Assembly: GCA_014730075.1 (NCBI GenBank)
Contig: WJIX01000148.1
Coordinates: 1 to 44,171 of the forward strand
DNA from: a bacterium
GTDB taxonomy: Bacteria; Krumholzibacteriota; Krumholzibacteriia; Krumholzibacteriales; WJIX01
DNA: 44,171 nucleotides
Reading direction: 5' to 3'
Under the pieces are notes generated by a model, which saw only the letters and a program-made list of their open reading frames with translations, did no database searches and was not told the origin of the DNA. A program made the translations under genes and the position numbers. Of the stretch, positions 27,929 through 34,934 are shown piece after piece; within the stretch, counting starts at the first letter, position 1; every line of letters starts with the position of its first letter.

Positions 27929-27952
27929 GTAACCATTTAACAGAGGGCAGAT

Positions 27953-28945
27953 ATGAAACTTGAACAGAGCTTCATGGATTTCATGCTCCATCACCAGGAG
28001 CGTCACGGGAGGACATATAACTTCCTGGTCCTTCTGGAGGCTGTCCAGACAGCGGCAAAATATATCCAGTACTTTTACCAGACCGGGTCGCTCAAGGATA
28101 TCATGTGCGAGGCCGGATTCACCAATGTTCAGGGTGAGAGCGTGATGGAGATGGACGACATAGCCAATGCCATCGTGCTGCACTACCTTCGCAGGTCCAA
28201 CCAGGTTATTCACGCCGTAACCGAGGAGGAGGCCGATCCGGTGGTCCTCAACGAGGAGGGGGGGCGTTACTTCTTTTACTTCGATCCCCTGGATGGCTCC
28301 AGCAATATCAAGCATAACCTCCCGGTTGGATTCATGTACGCTGTAGGAAAGAGGAACATGGATGGCCCGGAGACTTACCGCCTGCGCAAGGGTTCTGAAC
28401 TCAGGGCCGCCGGCATCTACCTCATACCTAACGGGGTCTTTACCCTGGCTCTGGCCGACACCGGGGTCTTCCGTTTTCACATGGACGAGACCATGACCTA
28501 CGTCATCCCCGAGAATTCGGAACGGCTGATTATACCTGAAGACCGTGGGGAATGGGAACTCTCCTTTAACGCCTCCAACAGGAAGACCTTCTCCCGCAAG
28601 GTGCAGGACTGGATTGAGGAGAATGAAGCAGAATTTAACTTCCGGTACATGGGTTCGCTTGCCGGTGATTTTCACAGGCTGATATCCAACGGAGGGATGT
28701 TCATGTATCCTGCAATAATCAATCACCCCAGGCCCGATAAGAACAGGCCAAACGGCAAGCTCCGGCTGCTTTACGAGGCCAACGTGGCGGCTTTTATCGC
28801 AAGAGAAGCAGGAGGGGCAGCGATCGACGAGAATGGAAATGATATCCTGGATATCGAACCTGAATCACCGCACCAGCGCACAGCACTTTACGTCGGCTCC
28901 AGGGGAATGGTCGAGAACATAGGGAAGCGTCTCAGGAGCGGATAA
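27953..28945 (+). CDS. fbp: Class 1 fructose-1,6-bisphosphatase
   Basis: FDPLDGSSNI metal-binding motif, GSLAGDFHRLI, GKLRLLYEANVAAFIAREAGG. 330 aa. Confidence 0.9.
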   Translation: MKLEQSFMDFMLHHQERHGRTYNFLVLLEAVQTAAKYIQYFYQTGSLKDIMCEAGFTNVQGESVMEMDDIANAIVLHYLRRSNQVIHAVTEEEADPVVLNEEGGRYFFYFDPLDGSSNIKHNLPVGFMYAVGKRNMDGPETYRLRKGSELRAAGIYLIPNGVFTLALADTGVFRFHMDETMTYVIPENSERLIIPEDRGEWELSFNASNRKTFSRKVQDWIEENEAEFNFRYMGSLAGDFHRLISNGGMFMYPAIINHPRPDKNRPNGKLRLLYEANVAAFIAREAGGAAIDENGNDILDIEPESPHQRTALYVGSRGMVENIGKRLRSG

Positions 28946-28987
28946 TATTCACAGCCCCGGGCAGCAATCAGCACCCGAACAGTAAAT

Positions 28988-29974
28988 CTAGAATTCCCTC
29001 TCGATAACGAAACTGGTCAGTTCGGCAAGGGAGTCTCTGTACTCCGAGCCGGGAAAATGCTCCAGGCAGCTCAGGGCCTTGCGGGCGTTCTCGGCGGCCC
29101 TTTCACGGGCGTACGATATCCCGCCGGAACGGTCAGCGAAACCAATTATGAATTCAATCTCTTCAGCCGTCATCTCCCTTCCCATCATCCCCAGGACCTT
29201 ATCGCGGTTACCGTTGTTGGAGTGCTCCAGACCGTAAATCAGCGGAAGTGTCAGGATGCTGCCCTCTATATCCCTGGCAGCCGGTTTCCCCATCCTTTCC
29301 CGGCGTCCGTTATAGTCCATCAAATCGTCTCTTATCTGAAAAGATATTCCCAGGTGAGTACCAAACGCTCCCGCCGCCCGCAGCAGGCCACTGCTTCCCC
29401 CCTGAGAGGTTAGTACTCCCAGCTTGCAGGAGGCAGATATCAGTGAAGCTGTCTTCAGAGATATGGTTTTGAAATACTCCTCTTCAGTTATTAATCCGCC
29501 CATCTTTCCATTCTGGGTCTGGATCAGCTCACCCTCGCAGACCTGTCTTATCGCGGCAGAGAAGATAGATGTTATTTCGGAAATATCCAGATCAACCAGC
29601 CATGTCATGATCCTGGAGAAGAATATATCGCCTGCCAGGACCGCAGTTCTGTTACCCCAAAGGGCGTTGACGGTGGCCCCTCCCCTCCGCAGGTCAGAAC
29701 GGTCCACCACATCGTCATGTATCAGGGTAGTGGTATGAAGAAGCTCCAGAGCGGCAGAAGCCTCGATCGATAATCTGGTTACCCCGCCTGTCATACCGGC
29801 GCATAGAAGAAGAAGCACCGGCCGCAGCCTCTTTCCCCGGTACCGGGTGATATGGTCCCTGATCTCATCAACTTCCGGAACATCTGAGGCAGCCAGAGAT
29901 CCCAGAAATTCCTCGCTTTCTCGCAGGTCATCACCGATCGGTCCCATTATCTTATTAAGCGCAGCTAACTTCAT
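28988..29974 (-). CDS. Polyprenyl diphosphate synthase (trans-IPPS, long-chain type)
   Basis: First DDxxD motif LIHDDVVDRSDLRRG and second motif FQIRDDLMDY. 328 aa. Product chain length cannot be read from the sequence. Confidence 0.9.
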   Translation of the reverse strand: MKLAALNKIMGPIGDDLRESEEFLGSLAASDVPEVDEIRDHITRYRGKRLRPVLLLLCAGMTGGVTRLSIEASAALELLHTTTLIHDDVVDRSDLRRGGATVNALWGNRTAVLAGDIFFSRIMTWLVDLDISEITSIFSAAIRQVCEGELIQTQNGKMGGLITEEEYFKTISLKTASLISASCKLGVLTSQGGSSGLLRAAGAFGTHLGISFQIRDDLMDYNGRRERMGKPAARDIEGSILTLPLIYGLEHSNNGNRDKVLGMMGREMTAEEIEFIIGFADRSGGISYARERAAENARKALSCLEHFPGSEYRDSLAELTSFVIEREF

Positions 29975-30035
29975 AATCCATACTGTTCAGTAATCAGTGA
30001 ACAGGCACAATGTAAAGAGATCGAAATATAATACC

Positions 30036-30596
30036 TCATATCGATTTCCCTCCACTCAGCATCTCCAGGAGCCCCCTGCTCACCTTCTCGTTGCCAAGGA
30101 ATCGCTTCAGTATATGATCGAAAGTCTTCATGGTATCGGAGAGTTCGGTCAGGCGCTCGTGGACCCCGGTCCCCTCTTCGATCTCGGCGTTCTCAAGGAG
30201 GTTATCAAGAGCTTCCAGAGCCGGGTCGAATTCACGTTTCTTCCGCTCTGCGGCTATGGAGAAGATCATATTCCAGGTATCCGGTTCGGCCACGTAGAAA
30301 TCCCTGCGATCCCCCGATATGCTGACCCTCTTTATCACACCCCAGTTCCTGAGCTCTTTCAGTGACATACTGGCGTTTCCCCTGCTGATCTCAAGCTCTT
30401 CGGTCACGGTATCAAGACCGACCGGCTCTTCGGAGAGGATCAGCAGGGCGTGAACGCGGGCCATGGAGCGGTTGATCCCCCAAAGGACACCCAGCGACCC
30501 CCACCTCTCTATAAACCGTTTATACTCTTCTGACAACAAACTTTCAATCCTTTCTGAATATACTGAATTATAGCTTAAAACGCTTTTTCTGTCCAA
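30036..30596 (-). CDS. GbsR/MarR-family winged-helix transcriptional regulator
   Basis: FIERWGSLGVLWGINRSMARVHALLILSEEPVGLDTVTEELEISRGNASMSLKELRNWGVI matches the GbsR-type wHTH. The 5' 57 nt contain TTGGAC-N18-TATAAT (minus strand, 30596-30567) and AAAGGA, so the real start may be the TTG at 30539. Confidence 0.8.
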   Translation of the reverse strand: MDRKSVLSYNSVYSERIESLLSEEYKRFIERWGSLGVLWGINRSMARVHALLILSEEPVGLDTVTEELEISRGNASMSLKELRNWGVIKRVSISGDRRDFYVAEPDTWNMIFSIAAERKKREFDPALEALDNLLENAEIEEGTGVHERLTELSDTMKTFDHILKRFLGNEKVSRGLLEMLSGGKSI

Positions 30597-30623
30597 GAAA
30601 AATTTTCAAAATAAAATGGTCAG

Positions 30624-31199
30624 GTGCATTATGATGAAACTGAATACTATACCGTTGGCCCCGGGCATCCACTTTACGACCCTGATTATGACCGTGGCGG
30701 CAAGGTTCTCCTGGAGACCGGAACCGACGAGATTGACTTTAGTATCTACCAGGCACCGAATCTAACAGGATTTGAACCCTCCATAGAGGGCAATGAAGGA
30801 TATGCCTTCGTAGGCACCCATTTTAATATCATAGTGGACGGATTTTCGAACAGGCCGACCACCTATCCTGACATTCTTCTGGTTTTTGACCAGATACAAC
30901 CGGAATCATGTACTCCAACCATTCTGGTTAATGGCATGGAGATCTGCGGAAATACCTACCCAGTAGGAGATCTGGTCGTTTCAACCCCCACGGGCAACGG
31001 AAAACATTATTCTGATGTTATCCCGGTTGATATAACCTGGTCCGGGTGCTATGGAGTGCATATCTGGGCCTTCTCGGATGAAGATCACAATGGAATTCAT
31101 GACGGGGGTGAATGCTTCACCTCGTTCTCACACGATGCCATGATTGACACTGAAGAGGTTTCATGGGGCGAGGTGAAAAGCCGGATAAAAAATCATTAA
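30624..31199 (+). CDS. Hypothetical protein, Cys/Asp-rich, no recognised domain
   Basis: 191-aa ORF with a GTG start immediately after a stop, and no signal peptide. Composition is coding-like. C-terminus is EEVSWGEVKSRIKNH. Confidence 0.5.
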   Translation: MHYDETEYYTVGPGHPLYDPDYDRGGKVLLETGTDEIDFSIYQAPNLTGFEPSIEGNEGYAFVGTHFNIIVDGFSNRPTTYPDILLVFDQIQPESCTPTILVNGMEICGNTYPVGDLVVSTPTGNGKHYSDVIPVDITWSGCYGVHIWAFSDEDHNGIHDGGECFTSFSHDAMIDTEEVSWGEVKSRIKNH

Positions 31200-31210
31200 A
31201 ATCCTTCAGT

Positions 31211-31864
31211 CTACGTAATCCCTTCCCGGTAGACCGCATCCCAGAAGTTCAGCTCATATCTGCTGGCGTTTATGAAAACCTCTCTCAGTTTTTCATAGGG
31301 AAAACCAGTGCCAGTTCTGTCAACCAGGGCCCTTATACGGTCCACCAGCTCGATATATTCATCCTCCAGGTAATAGGAAGCCCATTCTCTGTATATTTCG
31401 CTTTCCATACCGCGTATCTTGTCACCGTGATATGCAGCTATCTCCTGGTAGGACCAGTAGCAGGGAAGAACAGCCGCCATACCCTCCTGGAACGTTTTCA
31501 GCGAGGAGGTGGAGAGAAGAAAACTTACGTACGAAAGGCCGGTCTGCATCATCTCCTGGCCCTGCGCCTCTTCAACACTCAGGCCCATCTTCTCCAGGAA
31601 AGACCTGTACCCTTCAAATTCCCCGGTAGCTTCCATATAAGCCATTTCAGCAACTTCTATCAATGACTTCTCGTCGGGAGCCCGGGAGGCCAGCAGAGAA
31701 AAGTTCTTTATGGAGGAGATCAGATAATTATAGTCCTGGAGTATGTAGAACCTGAACTTACGCTCTGGAAGCGTACCATCGAACAGCTCCACCACAAAAG
31801 GGTGATTATAAATCTTCTTCCAGATTGTCTCGGAGTCCTGTCTCAGTCTATCCGAAAGCTTCAT
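31211..31864 (-). CDS. tenA: TenA-family aminopyrimidine aminohydrolase (thiaminase II)
   Basis: WKKIYNHPFVVELFDGTLPERKFRFYILQDYNYL is the canonical TenA N-terminus. 4-nt overlap with the upstream thiD fusion. Confidence 0.85.
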   Translation of the reverse strand: MKLSDRLRQDSETIWKKIYNHPFVVELFDGTLPERKFRFYILQDYNYLISSIKNFSLLASRAPDEKSLIEVAEMAYMEATGEFEGYRSFLEKMGLSVEEAQGQEMMQTGLSYVSFLLSTSSLKTFQEGMAAVLPCYWSYQEIAAYHGDKIRGMESEIYREWASYYLEDEYIELVDRIRALVDRTGTGFPYEKLREVFINASRYELNFWDAVYREGIT

Positions 31865-33324
31865 GGTTTTCTTGCCTTTATCACAACGAAATCTCCCTGT
31901 TTATAACCGATCGTCGGCTTCTCTATATCCTCGTTGCTGTACCGGGGGTGCCTGGTCAATGTCTGAACATACTCCAGATCCGTAAATCCCACCTCTGTAA
32001 TCAGTTCCTTCACATTCTCGATCGATACCCACTGGGCACCCTTTACGAATTTCAGGGGGTATGGATGCTCCGGAGATCTATCCTTATCGAACCGTCCGTG
32101 GGCCCTGGCCAGATCGTAAAGCATGGAATAGGAGCCCTCCCGCGGCAGGAACGATAGTACTATATGCCCACCCCTTCTACAGATCCTGTACGACTCCCTG
32201 AGTGCCTTAAGGGGATCCTCGCAGTAGCTGAGAATGGTGGACAGAAGAACTGTTTCGAAGGTCTCGTCCCCGTAGGGAATATTCTCTGCGGAGCCGATTT
32301 TTACATCTATACCCTTTTCTCTGGCCAGTTCGGCCATGCCCGCTGCCGGTTCAATCCCTTTCTTTATACCCAGCCTTGAGGCGAAGAGCCCGCTTCCGAC
32401 CCCTATACTGATGGCGTTTTCCGGATTGGTCAGAAGCTCCTTCTCAGCAAGCAGCTCCGATTCAAATACTTTCATATTCCTGCTGAACCAGAAATCGAAA
32501 TCCCTGGCTTCCTGCTCAAAGGCGGAAGTCGCCCTGGGAATTATCTTATGATATAGAGGCCCGTGCCCCTTCCCGATATCCGGGGCGTTCTCTATCGCCC
32601 TGGAAATATAATCCTTGGCGATCCTGACTGAGTTCTCCAGGTTCTCTCCCCTGGCCAGAGATGCCGTGATCGCCGAAGAGAGGGTACACCCGGTCCCGTG
32701 GGTGTTTTTCGAATCAAACCACTCCGATTCAAAGAGAGTATATTTGCCGTCATTATAAAGTATATCAACAGCCCTGTCCTCCTCCAGGTGCCCCCCCTTT
32801 ACGAGAACACCTCCCGCCCCCATAGATGCTATCTTCGCCGCTGCCTCCCTGGCAGTCTCAACCGATCCGATCTTCATGCCGGCAATAATGCCCGCCTCTT
32901 CGGCGTTGGGGGTCACCAGAAAAGACAACGGGATCAATTTATCAATCAGGGTCTTCTCTGCCTCTTTTTTCAATAACCTGTCTCCGCTTTTGGCGACCAT
33001 CACCGGGTCGACCACCAGCTTTTCTATTTTATGCTTTTCAACTCTGCCAGCTATGATTTCTATTATCTCTTCGCTCGAGACCATCCCGGTTTTAGCGGCA
33101 TCGCATCCCATATCCTCCATGATCATATCTATCTGGTCTGCAACAATATCAGGACTGATATCCTGAATGGAACGTACTCCATTTGTGTTCTGCGAAGTTA
33201 TAGAAGTTAAAGCGGATACTCCGAATACGTTAAAAGCCTGAAAAGTCTTCAGGTCCGCCTGGACGCCTGCGCCCCCACCTGAATCGGAGCCGGCAACTGT
33301 CATTGCGATACCCTCGTAGTTCAT
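31861..33324 (-). CDS. thiD: Hydroxymethylpyrimidine/phosphomethylpyrimidine kinase fused to a class I SAM-dependent methyltransferase domain
   Basis: The N-terminal ~260 aa is ThiD (AGSDSGGGAGVQADLKTF, VVDPVMVAKSGD, NTHGTGCTLSSAI). The C-terminal ~210 aa has MTase motif I ISIGVGSGLFASRLG and the post-I/II segment ENIPYGDETFETVLLSTILSYCEDPLKALRESYRICRRGGHIVL. Single uninterrupted ORF. Confidence 0.85.
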   Translation of the reverse strand: MNYEGIAMTVAGSDSGGGAGVQADLKTFQAFNVFGVSALTSITSQNTNGVRSIQDISPDIVADQIDMIMEDMGCDAAKTGMVSSEEIIEIIAGRVEKHKIEKLVVDPVMVAKSGDRLLKKEAEKTLIDKLIPLSFLVTPNAEEAGIIAGMKIGSVETAREAAAKIASMGAGGVLVKGGHLEEDRAVDILYNDGKYTLFESEWFDSKNTHGTGCTLSSAITASLARGENLENSVRIAKDYISRAIENAPDIGKGHGPLYHKIIPRATSAFEQEARDFDFWFSRNMKVFESELLAEKELLTNPENAISIGVGSGLFASRLGIKKGIEPAAGMAELAREKGIDVKIGSAENIPYGDETFETVLLSTILSYCEDPLKALRESYRICRRGGHIVLSFLPREGSYSMLYDLARAHGRFDKDRSPEHPYPLKFVKGAQWVSIENVKELITEVGFTDLEYVQTLTRHPRYSNEDIEKPTIGYKQGDFVVIKARKP

Positions 33325-33520
33325 TCCATCCTCCCATCTTACAGGTATCTGATAAAATATGGATTATATACCTTAATAATAACCTGGGCTACCATTATAT
33401 ATATTCTCGGCTCTGCCGCCGCCGGAGCCCCCTCGTTATTAATGGGATCAAAAGAAGCTCCCCGTAATAAAAATATTCGAAAAGCTACTCCAACCGGCTG
33501 CGTGATTCGACCATCTGGTA

Positions 33521-33549
33521 TTGACATAAACATACAGCCTGAATATATT
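33521..33549 (+). promoter_or_regulatory. Candidate promoter for the RND operon (TTGACA-N17-TATATT)
   Basis: Perfect -35 at 33521-33526 and -10 at 33544-33549, about 50 nt upstream of the GTG start at 33600. Confidence 0.35.
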
Positions 33550-33599
33550 TCAACAATAATAATTCATTTCTCCCACTTGCTGAGAAGAAGGCCCCGCCG

Positions 33600-34928
33600 G
33601 TGAGACTGCTCAAAGAACAATTTCCCATTTTTCTGATAATATCATTTTTGCTGCTGCCGGGATGTTCGGCTGATCAGGATGATAGTTCCGAAGAAGCCGG
33701 CGCAGCGCCCGCTCCGGCAGTAGAGGCGGTAAGGGCTGTCCGCGGGTCGCTACCTCTTACCGAGCGTTTGACCGGCGTGGTAAAGGCCAAGAACCAGGTG
33801 GCCATATACCCTGAAATCAGTGCCCCCATTACCGAGGTGCTGATCAGGGACGGAGAATATGTCGAAAAGGATCAGCCCCTGGTCCGGCTCCGGGACAATC
33901 AGCTGAGAAAGCAGCTCAAGCAGACCCGGGCCTCCTACCAGATAGCCGTCGCTCAGGCCAGACAGGCAGAGGCCAGGCTGAAAGAAATTCGGGCTGAGCT
34001 CACCCGGACCAGGTCCCTGGCCAAGAAGGGATTAACCAGCCCCGCCGAACTCGAAGCAGTGGAAACCAGGGCAATATCGGCTGAAGCAGACCTGGAGCTG
34101 GCCAAAGCCAGAATAGAGGAAGCTGAAGCCAACGTGGAGGAGAGGGAAGAAGCTCTCTCGCAGACCGTTATCCGCGCTCCGGTCTCCGGTTTTATCGGCA
34201 CCCGTGACGCGGAAGTGGGTATGCTGGTGAATGGAAACACCCGCCTGTTTACCCTGGGTCAACTGCAGGAGATTGAGGTAGAGATAGTACTGACCGACCG
34301 TATGCTGAAATATATTGAAGCCGGCCAGAGAGTGGAGATATTCCCGGGAAGCGAGGTATCCGATCCGATAGAAGGAAAAGTATCCAGGATTTCGCCCTTC
34401 CTTAACCAGGTAACGCACAGCACCGAAGCGGAGATCGACCTTCCCAATCCCGGCAGGAAGCTGAATCCTGGAATGTTCGTTACCGTGGATATCTTTTACG
34501 GGGAAAGTGAGAATGCCACCCTGGTACCGCTTTCCGCTCTGTACGAGAACCCTTCAACCGGCATAACCGGGGTATATGTAGCCCAGGACTCAATACGGCA
34601 GGAGGCTGCCTCTGATACTACTGATATCAGCAACATAACCCTTACCGAGCCTGTCAGTTTCAAGTTCACCAGAGTAAGAGTTATGGCCAGGGGCAGGATG
34701 GATGCCGGGTTGGAAGGGATTGATCCGGGCGCATGGGTAATATCACTGGGCCAGGACCTGATAGATGGCGAATCCGGAATGGCCAGGGTTAACGCAGTGG
34801 GCCGCGAATGGGTTTACCGGCTCCAGAGCCTGCAGAGGCAGGACCTTCTGGAGGAAATCATGCGCCAGCACAGGGAAGCCGCCAGAGATTTCACTCCCGG
34901 CAAAAGCGAAAGTTCCCAAGCGAGGTAG
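33600..34928 (+). CDS. Efflux RND transporter periplasmic adaptor subunit (lipoprotein)
   Basis: Lipobox LLLPGCS. Lipoyl/coiled-coil/beta-barrel order (PEISAPITEVLIRDGEYVEKDQPLVRL; coiled coil; IRAPVSGFIG). Confidence 0.85.
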   Translation: MRLLKEQFPIFLIISFLLLPGCSADQDDSSEEAGAAPAPAVEAVRAVRGSLPLTERLTGVVKAKNQVAIYPEISAPITEVLIRDGEYVEKDQPLVRLRDNQLRKQLKQTRASYQIAVAQARQAEARLKEIRAELTRTRSLAKKGLTSPAELEAVETRAISAEADLELAKARIEEAEANVEEREEALSQTVIRAPVSGFIGTRDAEVGMLVNGNTRLFTLGQLQEIEVEIVLTDRMLKYIEAGQRVEIFPGSEVSDPIEGKVSRISPFLNQVTHSTEAEIDLPNPGRKLNPGMFVTVDIFYGESENATLVPLSALYENPSTGITGVYVAQDSIRQEAASDTTDISNITLTEPVSFKFTRVRVMARGRMDAGLEGIDPGAWVISLGQDLIDGESGMARVNAVGREWVYRLQSLQRQDLLEEIMRQHREAARDFTPGKSESSQAR

Positions 34929-34934
34929 GATAGC

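Noticed and set aside
27911-28726. 271-aa minus-strand ORF antisense to fbp.
   Set aside because: The + strand product carries unmistakable FBPase motifs. The antisense ORF is a stop-poor shadow frame.
30631-30768. Alternative-frame ATGATG ORF (MMKLNTIPLAPGIHFTTLIMTVAA...) at the 5' end of the 191-aa gene. It could be a signal peptide lost through a frameshift.
   Set aside because: The hydrophobic stretch is broken by P/G/H/T and is a poor signal peptide. I found no obvious homopolymer or junction where the frames would rejoin. Two open frames over ~140 nt can occur by chance.
33325-33599. Expected a TPP (THI-box) riboswitch upstream of thiD.
   Set aside because: On the minus strand I find GGGGAGC and GCCGAGA...AGCCC, but no CUGAGA and no ACCUGAUCUGGAUAAUGCCAGCG-like J3/2-P4 segment. 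This is too weak to call. I list it only as an absence worth checking with a covariance model.
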